Positions 38,210 to 47,291 of a stretch of DNA of 64,000 bases are shown here, piece after piece. How positions within the stretch are numbered: position 1 is the stretch's first letter; every line of letters starts with the position of its first letter. The notes below the pieces were generated by a model. The model searched no databases and was not told where the DNA came from. It saw nothing but the letters and a program-made list of their open reading frames with translations. Position numbers and translations under genes: made by a program. Source of the stretch: Vicinamibacteria bacterium (GTDB lineage Bacteria; Acidobacteriota; Vicinamibacteria; Fen-336); NCBI GenBank assembly GCA_025994075.1, contig JAMQGV010000015.1:45091-109090 (forward strand), given 5' to 3'.

Positions 38210-39352
38210 TTGAGAATGCTCGCGTGCGCCGCCGCGCTGGCGGCCGCGGCGTGCGGTGGCGTGCGGCCCGCCCCGCCTCCCGCGTTGTTCCCGGCCCCGA
38301 CCGCGTGGCTGACGCCGCTCGAGCAGCCCCTCGAGGGGGAACTCGCCACGGATGGCGCCCGGATCTTCGTGCCGCTGCGCGACGGCACCCTGCTCGGCCT
38401 CGACCGCCTGACCGGCGAACGGCTGTGGTCGGCACCGCCGCGACCGGGTGCGATCTCCGCGGCCCCGGGCACGCTGCTGTTGCGCCAGGCCGACGGCCGC
38501 CTCTGGAGCCTCGCCCCGCGCAACGGCTCGGCCCGCTGGCGGGCGGACACGGGGATCACGGGCTCGCTCCCGGCGGTCACCGAGAACCGCTGGGCGTTCG
38601 TCGCCGGCGAGGGCCTCGCGGCGGTCGAACTGGAGACCGGCCGCATCGTGTGGACCGCAGCAGAGACGGCCACCGTGACCGCGCCTCCCCTGCCGTGGGG
38701 CTCGTGGCTGCTGGTCGGCGAGCAGGACGGCACCCTGCGCCTGCGCGAGCGCGAGACCGGCCGCACCGTGTGGACCTGGAACGTCGGCTCGCCCTGGAAG
38801 GCCGCGCCGGCGGTCGACGACCGCGTGCTGTTCGCCGGCTCCACCGCCCACGGCTTCTACTCGCTGAAGCTCGACTCGGGCGACCGGCGCTGGCGCTGGA
38901 AGCTGGGCGCCGACGTCGTGGCGCCGCCCGTCCTCTACGGCGACGACGCCGTCGCCTTCGCCACGCTCGAGAACGTGCTGTGGTCGCTCGAGCGCGGCAA
39001 GGGGCGCCTCGTCTGGCGCGCCCCGCTGCCCTCGCGCCCGCTGGGCGGCCCGCAACTGGTCGGCGGAGCGCTCGTGATCGCCTGCCTCGAGGACGAGTTG
39101 CTGGCGATCGACACCCGGACCGGGGCGAAGATCGCGACGATGCGCACCCCGAGCCCGCTGCGCACCGCGCCCGTCGTGGTCGGCGACACGCTCTACGTGG
39201 GCCTGCGCAACCCGTGGAGCATCGCGGCGCTGCGCCTCGCGGGAGTCGACCCCGAGGGCCGACCGTTGCCGCCTGCGCCGCCGGCCCCTTCGCCCGTCGA
39301 AGCCGTCGAGCCCGAGGCGTCGCCGTCGCCCGCAGCCTCGCCGCAGCCATGA
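38210..39352 (+). CDS. PQQ-like beta-propeller repeat lipoprotein (BamB-like)
   Basis: 380 aa. It has a lipobox (LAAAACG) and repeated G.L..LD..TG...W units ([56 protein letters not shown]). Confidence 0.7.
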   Translation: MRMLACAAALAAAACGGVRPAPPPALFPAPTAWLTPLEQPLEGELATDGARIFVPLRDGTLLGLDRLTGERLWSAPPRPGAISAAPGTLLLRQADGRLWSLAPRNGSARWRADTGITGSLPAVTENRWAFVAGEGLAAVELETGRIVWTAAETATVTAPPLPWGSWLLVGEQDGTLRLRERETGRTVWTWNVGSPWKAAPAVDDRVLFAGSTAHGFYSLKLDSGDRRWRWKLGADVVAPPVLYGDDAVAFATLENVLWSLERGKGRLVWRAPLPSRPLGGPQLVGGALVIACLEDELLAIDTRTGAKIATMRTPSPLRTAPVVVGDTLYVGLRNPWSIAALRLAGVDPEGRPLPPAPPAPSPVEAVEPEASPSPAASPQP

Positions 39353-40236
39353 GCGTCGAGGCGACGGCCGAGCGGGCCCGCGGCGCCCGCGCCGACTTCC
39401 TCGAACTGGCCAAGCCGCGCATCACGTTCCTCGTCACCTTCACCGCCCTGGTCGGCTACGTGATGGGCTCGCCCGTCGGCGGCGTCGCTTCCGGCCCGCT
39501 GCTCTGGGCGATGGCCGGCACCGCGCTGGTCGCGGGCGGAGCCTCGGCGATGAACATGGTGCTCGAGCGCGCCACCGACGCCCTGATGCACCGCACCCGC
39601 GAGCGGCCCATCCCCGCCGGCCGGCTGACGACCACCGAGGCCGCGGTCTTCGCTGCGGCGCTGACGGTCGCCGGCATCACCCTGCTCTACGTCCGCAACG
39701 GCGCCCTCGCGGCCGCCGTGGCCGGCGTCACCTGGTTCAGCTACGTCTTCATGTACACGCCGCTCAAGACCCGCACGTCGCTGTCGACCATCGTCGGCGC
39801 CGTGCCCGGGGCGCTGCCGCCGGTGATCGGCTGGGCGGCCGCGCGCCACTCCCTGGACGCCGGCGCGTTCGTGCTCTTCGCGATCCTGTTCCTGTGGCAG
39901 ATCCCGCACTTCCTGGCGATCGCCTGGCTGTTCCGCGACGACTACGCGCGCGGCGGCCTGCCGATGCTGCCCGTGCTCGACCCCGAGGGCCGGATGACCG
40001 GACGCCAGGCGGTGGCCAACAGCATCGCCCTGACGGTCGTCAGCCTGACGCCCACCGTCGCGGGCCTGACGGGGACGCTCTACCTCTTCGGGGCGCTGGC
40101 ACTGGGCCTCGCGTTCACGGGCGTGGCCGCGCGCGCGGCGTACGCCCGCACGCGCCCTGCGGCGCGCGCCCTGTTCTTCGCCTCGATCCTCTACCTGCCC
40201 GCCCAGTCGGCGCTGATGCTGCTCGACCGCCAATGA
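39349..40236 (+). CDS. ctaB: Protoheme IX farnesyltransferase (heme O synthase)
   Basis: It carries LELAKPRITFLV, NMVLERATDALMHRTRERPIPAGRL, LWQIPHFLAIAW and DDYARGGLPMLPV. The ATG overlaps the upstream stop (ATGA). Confidence 0.9.
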   Translation: MSVEATAERARGARADFLELAKPRITFLVTFTALVGYVMGSPVGGVASGPLLWAMAGTALVAGGASAMNMVLERATDALMHRTRERPIPAGRLTTTEAAVFAAALTVAGITLLYVRNGALAAAVAGVTWFSYVFMYTPLKTRTSLSTIVGAVPGALPPVIGWAAARHSLDAGAFVLFAILFLWQIPHFLAIAWLFRDDYARGGLPMLPVLDPEGRMTGRQAVANSIALTVVSLTPTVAGLTGTLYLFGALALGLAFTGVAARAAYARTRPAARALFFASILYLPAQSALMLLDRQ

Positions 40237-40658
40237 ACGCCACCGACCTGCCCACCCTCAACGCCGCACTGAATCTCACCAGCGCCGCGCTGCTGTTCGC
40301 GGGCTGGCGGCTGATCCGCGCGGGCCGCCGCGAGGCCCACCGCGCCTGCATGATCGCGGCGCTCGCGACCTCGGCCCTGTTCCTGGTCTCCTACCTCGTC
40401 TACCACTTCCAGGTCGGCTCGGTCCGCTACACGGGCCAGGGCCCGCTGCGCACGCTGTACTTCGCGATCCTGCTCTCGCACACGATCCTGGCCGTGGTCA
40501 ACGTGCCGCTGGTCCTGATGACCGCCACCCGCGCCTTCCGCGAGCGCTTCGCGGAGCACAAGAGGATCGCCCGCTGGGCGCTCCCGATCTGGTTCTACGT
40601 CTCGGTGACCGGCGTGGTCATCTACCTGATGCTGTACGGCCTTCCGGGCCTCGGCTAG
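40233..40658 (+). CDS. DUF420 family membrane protein
   Basis: 141 aa with four hydrophobic helices. Sequence LNAALNLTSAALLFAGWRLIRAGRREAHRACMIAA...ILLSHTILA is typical of DUF420, which is commonly found next to heme-copper oxidase assembly genes. The ATG overlaps the ctaB stop (ATGA). Confidence 0.7.
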   Translation: MNATDLPTLNAALNLTSAALLFAGWRLIRAGRREAHRACMIAALATSALFLVSYLVYHFQVGSVRYTGQGPLRTLYFAILLSHTILAVVNVPLVLMTATRAFRERFAEHKRIARWALPIWFYVSVTGVVIYLMLYGLPGLG

Positions 40659-41851
40659 GCCCGGATCGCGCGCGCCAGGCGGCGCACGCCCTCCTCGATC
40701 TTCGGAACGTCCTCGCGGGCGAAGGTGAGGCGCATCGTGTTGAGTCCGGTGTCGTCTTCGGCGAAGAAGGGCGAGCCCGGGACGTAGGCCACACCTTCGG
40801 CGACCGCCGCCTCGAGCAGGGCTTCGGCGTCACGGCCCTCCGGCAGCCGCAGCCACACGAACAGGCCGCCCGTCGGGTGGGTCCAGCTCACGCCTTCGGG
40901 CATCTCGCGCGCGAGGGCGTCGAGCATGGCCTTGCACTTGTCGCGGTAGTAGGGGCGGATGCGCTCCTTCTGGGCGTCGATCAGGCCCTCGCGCAGGCAG
41001 GCGAGCACCACGCGATGCGAGAGGCCGCTGCCGCACAGGTCCGCGGCCTGTTTCGCGATCTCGAGCTTGGCGAGCAGCGTCTCGGGCCCGAGCACGAACG
41101 CGGTGCGCAGCGCGGGCGCCAGGATCTTCGAGAACGACGACAGGTACAGGACTCGCCCGTCGTGGTCGAGCGAGCGCAGCGTCGGTGGCGGCGGCTGGTC
41201 GAAGTAGACGTCGCCGTAGGGGTCGTCCTCGACGACCAGCAGGTCGAGTTCGTGCGCGACCTCCAGCAGCCCCGCCCGGCGCTCCAGAGTGTGGGTGATG
41301 CCGGACGGGTTCTGGTAGTTCGGCACCACGTACAGGAACTTCACGCGGTGGCCGGCGTCGCGGCAGGCGCGGTACTGGCGGCGCAGGTCCTCGAGGTCGA
41401 GCCCCTGCTCGTCGAGCTGCACGCTCACCATCCGCGCCCGCGCGGCGCGGAACGCCGACAGCGCGCCCACGTAGCTGGGCGCCTCGCACAGCACCACGTC
41501 GCCCGGGTCGATCAGCACCCGCGACACCAGGTCGAGGCCCTGCTGGCTGCCCTCCGTGAGCATGCGCTCCGCGGGGTGCGAGTCCATGCCCTTGTGCCGC
41601 GCGTAGTCCGCGACGGCCTCCAGGAGTGGCGTGTAGCCGCGGGTCAGGATGTACTGGAAGGCGCCGGCAGCCTCCTCGGCCACGGCCCGCTTCAGGATGC
41701 GGTCGAAGTCGGCGACCGGGAAGGTCTCGGGGCTCGGCTGACCGGGCGCGAACGAGATGATGCCGGGCCGCTCGATGACGGCGCTCATCCGGCGGATGGC
41801 CGAGAAGCGCATCGCGCGCGCGGACTCGGAGAGCAGTTCCTGGAATTTCAT
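40655..41851 (-). CDS. PLP-dependent aminotransferase (class I/II fold, 2-aminoadipate/aromatic aminotransferase-like)
   Basis: 398 aa. It carries APGQPSPETFP, PNYQNPSG and the PLP-Lys region YLSSFSKILAPALR. Confidence 0.8.
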   Translation of the reverse strand: MKFQELLSESARAMRFSAIRRMSAVIERPGIISFAPGQPSPETFPVADFDRILKRAVAEEAAGAFQYILTRGYTPLLEAVADYARHKGMDSHPAERMLTEGSQQGLDLVSRVLIDPGDVVLCEAPSYVGALSAFRAARARMVSVQLDEQGLDLEDLRRQYRACRDAGHRVKFLYVVPNYQNPSGITHTLERRAGLLEVAHELDLLVVEDDPYGDVYFDQPPPPTLRSLDHDGRVLYLSSFSKILAPALRTAFVLGPETLLAKLEIAKQAADLCGSGLSHRVVLACLREGLIDAQKERIRPYYRDKCKAMLDALAREMPEGVSWTHPTGGLFVWLRLPEGRDAEALLEAAVAEGVAYVPGSPFFAEDDTGLNTMRLTFAREDVPKIEEGVRRLARAIRA

Positions 41852-41860
41852 GGATGCACG

Positions 41861-41866
41861 AGTATA
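41861..41866 (-). promoter_or_regulatory. Candidate -10 hexamer TATACT, 9 nt upstream of the aminotransferase ATG (possibly a leaderless mRNA)
   Basis: The minus strand reads CCTATACTCGTGCATCCATG. The hexamer sits in the 17-nt gap between divergent start codons. Confidence 0.25.
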
Positions 41867-41868
41867 GG

Positions 41869-42327
41869 ATGCCTGACGTGGGAAGCGCGGCGCGCCGAGG
41901 GTTCGTGGCCGGCCTGCTGGCGGTTCTCGTGCGCGTCCCGCTCGCCGCCGCCGCCGAGGACGCCCCCCTGCGCGCCCGGCTCGACGCGCTCGAGCGCGCG
42001 CTGCGCTCCGGCGACGCCGACGCCCTGGGGGCCTCGGTCGCCCGCCGCGGCCGCATCCACGTCGACCTGCGCGGACTGACGGACGGCCAGCAGGTGTGGG
42101 GCGCCGGCCAACTCCGGGTTGCGTTCGCGGAGCTCTTCGCGGAACGCCGGACCTCGGGTTTCACGCTCCAGGCGGCCACTCTCAGCCGCTCCGGGGAGGA
42201 CCTCGCGTTCGTGCGCGGCACCTGGACCCGGGCCGCACCGGGCGGGCCCGTGGTCGAGAGCGTGAGCTTCACGCTGCGCCTCGAGTCCGGCGACTGGCGG
42301 GTGTTCGAGATCCGGACCGCGCGTTGA
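41869..42327 (+). CDS. Small secreted NTF2-like (DUF4440/SnoaL-like) protein, hypothetical
   Basis: 152 aa. It has a signal-peptide-like N-terminus (RRGFVAGLLAVLVRVPLAAAAED) and ends SFTLRLESGDWRVFEIR, as NTF2-like folds do. The track ORF starts 5 codons earlier, at 41854. Confidence 0.5.
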   Translation: MPDVGSAARRGFVAGLLAVLVRVPLAAAAEDAPLRARLDALERALRSGDADALGASVARRGRIHVDLRGLTDGQQVWGAGQLRVAFAELFAERRTSGFTLQAATLSRSGEDLAFVRGTWTRAAPGGPVVESVSFTLRLESGDWRVFEIRTAR

Positions 42328-45300
42328 CCTCCCGCGGGCTCCGGCTGTGGGCGCTGACGGCGGTCGCGTTCGCCGCCGCGGCCACGGTCGACCTCGCGCG
42401 GGTCGCCACCGCCGGGCCCGGCGCCGCCGAGGGCGCCCGCGAGTCCCTGCTCGACGGCGTCGAGGCGCGCCACCGCCACGTGATCGAAGACCTGGCCCGA
42501 GCCCTCGACCAGGTCGCCGCGCTGCCGAACCTCGCGGCCGCCGCGGGCCGCGACCCGGCGGCCCGCGGCGAAGCCTTCCGGCAGCTCGCGCGGCTCCGCT
42601 CCGGAGACCTCGACCTGGCGATCCGCGACGCCCGTCTCGAGCCGCTCGCCTGGGCGGGCCCGGCGACCGAGGCCGCGCGGCTGCGGAACCTGGCGCAGGC
42701 TGGCGCGGGCCACGGGGTGATCTCCTCGGGTGCGGCGCTGCGCTACGTCGCGCTGCGGCGCGCCGGCGACGCGTGGCTCAGTGCGGAGCGCGTGGTCGCG
42801 GTGCGCCGCAACATCCGCAACGCCTTCGTCGAGGACGTGGAGGCGCTGGCCGCCGACCCCTCGCTCGTCGCGGTGCGCTTCGTGATCACGGGCGAAGAGG
42901 CGCCCGCTGCGGAACCCCACGAGCGAACCCTGGCAGCTCCGGACGGCCGGGTGATGGCGCTGGCCCGCGCCCGCGAGACTCCGGAGGGCGAGCCGCTGGC
43001 GGAGCGGCTGCGGCGCTGGCTCGCCCTCGGTGCGGGGCTCGCGGCCGTCCTGCTCCTCGGCGCGGCCCTCCGCACGGGCGTCGGCCCCGCAGCGCTGGCC
43101 GCCGCGGTGGGCCTCGCGCGGCTGCTGGTGCTGCCGCTCACCGCCGCGTGGCCGCTCGGCGAGTTCGGCAGCTCCGCCCACTACGCCTCGCCGGCGCTCG
43201 GCCCGCTCCTGCGCTCGCCGCTCGACCTGGGGCTGACCGCCGCGGCGCTCGCCGCGCTCGCGGCCTGCGCGTGGTCGTACGCGCTCGCGCGCCCGTCGCT
43301 GCCGCCGCGACCGGCGACCGTCGCGGCCGCCCTGCTGGCGCCGGGCGCGCTCGCGCTGGGCGCCGCCCTGGTCGCCGACATCGCGTGGAACTCGGCATCG
43401 CCGCCGGAGGCGCTGGACCTGCTGCCAGCCTTCTCGGCGGGCAGCCTCCTCCACCTGGCCGCGGGCCTCGCCTGGCTCGCGGCGCTCGCCACGGCAGCCG
43501 CGCTGCTGGCCGCCAGCGGCTCGCTGGCGCCGCGCCGGCTGGGCTTCGTCTTCTCCGCGGGCGCGATCGCGGCCCACCTGCTCATGGTCCGGGCCGAGCT
43601 CGCGCCACCGGCGCCGCTCGCCGCCGCTCTGGCGGCGCTCGCCTTCGGCCTCGGCCTGCGCGGCTCGCGCCTCCGCGGCGCCTGGCGCGGGGCCAGCCCC
43701 GAGGCGAGAGCCGCGGCCCTGGCCCTGCTCGCGCCGCTCGCCGGGCTGCTCGCGCAGCCGACGCTCGCGGCCCACGCCGACGCCGTCCTGCTGCGGCAGA
43801 TGGAGGCGGACTTCGCGCCGCGCGTCCGCGAGCTCTCGCGCTGGCGCACCCACGTGCTCCAGGCCACGCTCGAGCGCATCGACGCCCTGCGACTCCTGGA
43901 GCCGGGCTCGGCCTCAGACCGCGCTCCGATCGAGGAACTGGCCTTCGCCACCTGGGCCAGCACCGACCTGGCGGCCCTCGGCCTCTCCTCGGCGATCGAG
44001 ATCCAGGATCCCGACGGCTTCGTCGCCAGCCGCTTCGCCCTCAACCTGGCGCCGCTGGCGGGGCCGCTGGCCCCGCTCCCGCGCGGCGAGGCGTGGGAGC
44101 AGCGTCCCGAGCGGATCGCCATCGGCAGCGTCGAGCGCCCCGTGCTGCACGCCCGCCGCCAACTCGTCTACGACGGAGAACTGCAGGGCGCGGTCCACGT
44201 GTGGGTGGCCGAGGACTACTCCAACCTGCCGTTCCTCTCGCCGCGCGATCCCTACGCCACGCTTTTCCGCTCGGCTCCAGCCGCTGCGGCTCGCGAGCGC
44301 GAGGTCGGCCTGCTCGTCTACGACGACGCGCGGCGCCTCGTGTTCTCGAGCACCGACCCGCCGCCCGTGCCGGACGCCGCGGCCCTCGCGCGCGCGGAGT
44401 CCGGCGGCGCCGGCGGCTGGCTGCCGCTGGAGTTCGAGGGCCGCCCGGTGACGGCCTGGGCCTTCCCGGTGGCAGGCGGCGCGGGGCTCCTCTACCGGGA
44501 GGAGTCCGCCCTCGTGCGCTCCCTGGCCGACGCCTTCGAGGCCGCGGCGGCGTTCACCTTCGCCGCCGCCCTCGGCCTGCTCCTGCTGCTGCTGGCCCGC
44601 GAGGCGGCAGGCCACCGGCGGCTGACGGCGCGCTCGGTGGCCCGCGCGGTCGCATCCCGCTTCTCGCGCCGCCTGTTCGTCGCCCTGATCGCGCTCGCCG
44701 TGGGTCCCGCGCTGCTGCTCCAGGGAGTCGTGCGGCAGCTCGTCGAGGAGCGGCTGGCCCGCGAGACGGCCGACCAGGCGCTGGAGCGCGCCTCGATCGC
44801 GCGCAAGGCCGTCGAGGACTTCGCCTTCTTCCAGCGCGGCGACTATCCCGACCAGCAGCCGGTCACGGACCAGGCGCTGGTCTGGGTCGAGCGGCTGATC
44901 CGCAACGACCTCGACGTCTTCGCCGGCGGCCGGCTGATCGCCTCCAGCAAGCGCGAGCTGTACGCCTCGGGGCTGCTCGGAGCCCGCGTCGACGGCGACG
45001 CCTACCGGCGCCTGGTCCTCGAGGGCGCGCCGGCCGTGCTGCGCACCGAACGCATCGGCGCCTTCTCCTTCTCGGTGGTCTCGGTGCCGCTCGCGCTCGG
45101 CGGCAGCGAGCCCGGCATCCTGTCGCTGCCGCTGGCCTCGCGGCGTCGCGAGGCCGACGCGGTGCTGGCCGACCTGGACCGCACCGCGCGGCTCGCGTCG
45201 GTGGCCTTCCTGCTGCTGGCCGCGGCGATCGCGTACTCGATGTCGCGGCGCATCTCGGGCCCGCTGTTCGCGCTCACCGCCGCCACCCGCCGCGTCGCCC

Positions 45301-46100
45301 GCGGCGACCTGGCCGCCCGCGTCGAGCCCACCACTCGCGACGAGTTGCGGGAGCTGGTCGAGGCCTTCAACCAGATGGCGGGCGAGCTGGCGCGCCAGCG
45401 CGACGACCTCGAGCGCAGCAACCGGCTGGCGGCGTGGGCCGAGATGGCGCGCCAGGTCGCCCACGAGGTCAAGAACCCGCTGACCCCGATCCAGCTCGCC
45501 AGCGAGCACCTGCGCCGGGTCTGGGCCGACCGGCGGGAGGATTTCGCCGCGACGCTCGACACCTGCACGGCGACCATCCTGCGGCAGGTGGCGACGCTGC
45601 GCGGCATGGTCACCGAGTTCTCGGCCTTCGCGCGTCCGCCGGAACCGGCCCCGCTCGACCTGCAGGACGTCGTCGTGGAGGCCGTCGCTCCCTACGCTCC
45701 CGCCCTGCCTCCCGGCGTCACGCTGACGGTCGAGCCCGGCGCCGGCCCGATCGTCGCGGGCGATCGCAGGCTGCTGGTGCGGGCCCTGGTCAACCTGCTG
45801 GAGAACGCGCTCGCCGCGCTGGCGGAGGGCGGGGCGATCCGCGTGCGGGCCCGGCTGGCGGATGGCCGCGCTGCGCTCGAGGTCGAAGACGACGGGCCGG
45901 GCGTGCCGGTCGACGTGGCCGCCCGCGCGTTCGAACCCTACTTTTCTACCCGCAGCGGCGGCACCGGCCTCGGCCTCGCCCTGGTGCTCCGCATCGCCGA
46001 GGCCCACGGGGGCGGCGCCGAACTGGAGGCGGTGGCGCCGCGGGGCACGCGAGCCCGCCTGTGGCTCCCGGTGCCGGAGACGGCGGAGCCGCCGCGCTAG
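42324..46100 (+). CDS. NtrY-like sensor histidine kinase with a very large multi-pass N-terminal region
   Basis: The TTG start overlaps the upstream stop (TTGA). It has a HAMP domain (ISGPLFALTAATRRVARGDLAARVEPTTRDELRELVEAFNQM), an NtrY-type H-box (AWAEMARQVAHEVKNPLTPIQLASEHL) and HATPase motifs (NLLENAL, DDGPGV, GGTGLGLALV). Roughly 880 residues with many Ala/Leu-rich hydrophobic segments precede the HAMP domain. Confidence 0.8.
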   Translation: MTSRGLRLWALTAVAFAAAATVDLARVATAGPGAAEGARESLLDGVEARHRHVIEDLARALDQVAALPNLAAAAGRDPAARGEAFRQLARLRSGDLDLAIRDARLEPLAWAGPATEAARLRNLAQAGAGHGVISSGAALRYVALRRAGDAWLSAERVVAVRRNIRNAFVEDVEALAADPSLVAVRFVITGEEAPAAEPHERTLAAPDGRVMALARARETPEGEPLAERLRRWLALGAGLAAVLLLGAALRTGVGPAALAAAVGLARLLVLPLTAAWPLGEFGSSAHYASPALGPLLRSPLDLGLTAAALAALAACAWSYALARPSLPPRPATVAAALLAPGALALGAALVADIAWNSASPPEALDLLPAFSAGSLLHLAAGLAWLAALATAAALLAASGSLAPRRLGFVFSAGAIAAHLLMVRAELAPPAPLAAALAALAFGLGLRGSRLRGAWRGASPEARAAALALLAPLAGLLAQPTLAAHADAVLLRQMEADFAPRVRELSRWRTHVLQATLERIDALRLLEPGSASDRAPIEELAFATWASTDLAALGLSSAIEIQDPDGFVASRFALNLAPLAGPLAPLPRGEAWEQRPERIAIGSVERPVLHARRQLVYDGELQGAVHVWVAEDYSNLPFLSPRDPYATLFRSAPAAAAREREVGLLVYDDARRLVFSSTDPPPVPDAAALARAESGGAGGWLPLEFEGRPVTAWAFPVAGGAGLLYREESALVRSLADAFEAAAAFTFAAALGLLLLLLAREAAGHRRLTARSVARAVASRFSRRLFVALIALAVGPALLLQGVVRQLVEERLARETADQALERASIARKAVEDFAFFQRGDYPDQQPVTDQALVWVERLIRNDLDVFAGGRLIASSKRELYASGLLGARVDGDAYRRLVLEGAPAVLRTERIGAFSFSVVSVPLALGGSEPGILSLPLASRRREADAVLADLDRTARLASVAFLLLAAAIAYSMSRRISGPLFALTAATRRVARGDLAARVEPTTRDELRELVEAFNQMAGELARQRDDLERSNRLAAWAEMARQVAHEVKNPLTPIQLASEHLRRVWADRREDFAATLDTCTATILRQVATLRGMVTEFSAFARPPEPAPLDLQDVVVEAVAPYAPALPPGVTLTVEPGAGPIVAGDRRLLVRALVNLLENALAALAEGGAIRVRARLADGRAALEVEDDGPGVPVDVAARAFEPYFSTRSGGTGLGLALVLRIAEAHGGGAELEAVAPRGTRARLWLPVPETAEPPR

Positions 46101-46101
46101 G

Positions 46102-46539
46102 CTAGGCCGTCGTCCCCCTGCGGCGCTCGGCGCGGTCCAGGGCGTCGAGCACGACCTCGAGCGCCTTCGGCGGCAGGTCGAAGCGGGGCAGCTCGTCGCG
46201 CGAGGCCCAGGCAGCCTCCAGCGCGTCGCTCCCGGCCTGCAGCTCCCCGCCAGCCCAGGCGCACAGGTAGTCGGCGATCACGTAGTGGTAGCGCACCTGT
46301 CCGCCCTGCCGCTCGATGCGATCGAACACCGTCAGCAGCTCGAGCGGACGCACTTCGAGCCCCGTCTCCTCGCGCAGCTCGCGCACGCAGGCCTGCTCCA
46401 GCGTCTCGCCCAGCTCGACGGTGCCGCCGGGCACGATCCAGCGCCCGTAGAGCGGCTCCTTGCCGCGGCGGATCAGCACGACGCGGCCCTCGTGGACGAC
46501 GACGGCGCCCACCCCGACCGCGGGCACGCCCTCGTTCAA
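46102..46539 (-). CDS. NUDIX hydrolase
   Basis: It has the Nudix box GGTVELGETLEQACVRELREETGL. The TTG start overlaps the pssA stop (TTGA). It is the C-terminal part of track ORF 46102..47064. Confidence 0.8.
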   Translation of the reverse strand: MNEGVPAVGVGAVVVHEGRVVLIRRGKEPLYGRWIVPGGTVELGETLEQACVRELREETGLEVRPLELLTVFDRIERQGGQVRYHYVIADYLCAWAGGELQAGSDALEAAWASRDELPRFDLPPKALEVVLDALDRAERRRGTTA

Positions 46540-47291
46540 TGCGCTTCGGCCGGTGCCGGCGGAGGCGGCTCGCCGCGGCGCCGCAGCAGCCCCATCAGAT
46601 GGCCCGTGGGGCCCGACAGCGAGTAGGCCGAGGCCATCGCCAGCAGCATCGACGCCGGGTGCAGCGCGATCGCGAGGAACAGGATGGCCACCCCGAGCAC
46701 GGCGATGTAGCTCTGCCGCCGGCGCAGGTCGACGCCCTTGAACGAGCGGTAGCGCAACGTCGACACCATCAGGAACGCCAGCATCACGACCAGCACCATC
46801 ACGGGAATCGCCGCGACCCGCTCCGAGAGCGGCTCCGGCGCGAACATCACGACGGCGGCGACCTGCCCCGCAGCCGCGGGGATCGGCAGCCCGACGAAGA
46901 AGCGGCCGTCGACGACGTGGCGCTGGACGTTGAAGCGCGCCAGCCGCAGCGTGCCGCACATCACGAACAGGAAGGCCGCCAGCCAGCCCGCGCGCGGGAT
47001 CGCGGAGAGGGCCCAGGTGTAGACCAGGATCGCCGGGGCGACGCCGAAGGAGATCACGTCGCACAGGCTGTCCAGTTCGCCGCCGAACTCCGACGTGGTG
47101 CCCGTCATCCGCGCGATGCGGCCGTCGAGGGCGTCGGCGACGCCGGCCCAGAAGATCAGCATCGCCGCCTCGCCGAAGTCGCCGTGCAGCGCCTTGACGA
47201 TGGACCAGAAGCCGAGGAACAGGTTGCCGACGGTGAACAGCGCCGGCAGGATCGCGCCCCCGCGACGGAAGCGCTCGATCCGCGGGCCCAT
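46536..47291 (-). CDS. pssA: CDP-diacylglycerol--serine O-phosphatidyltransferase
   Basis: It has the CDP-alcohol phosphotransferase motif DALDGRIARMTGTTSEFGGELDSLCD. The ATG at 47291 overlaps the psd stop by 1 nt. Confidence 0.88.
   Translation of the reverse strand: MGPRIERFRRGGAILPALFTVGNLFLGFWSIVKALHGDFGEAAMLIFWAGVADALDGRIARMTGTTSEFGGELDSLCDVISFGVAPAILVYTWALSAIPRAGWLAAFLFVMCGTLRLARFNVQRHVVDGRFFVGLPIPAAAGQVAAVVMFAPEPLSERVAAIPVMVLVVMLAFLMVSTLRYRSFKGVDLRRRQSYIAVLGVAILFLAIALHPASMLLAMASAYSLSGPTGHLMGLLRRRGEPPPPAPAEAH

Noticed and set aside
40830-46105. The very long ORFs 40830..43853 (minus, 1007 aa) and 42347..46105 (plus, 1252 aa)
   Set aside because: Both are Arg/Pro/Gly/Ala-dominated alternative frames. 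They lie over the aminotransferase and over the NtrY-like kinase, whose own frame carries clear HAMP, H-box and HATPase motifs. Stop codons are rare in off-frames at this GC content.
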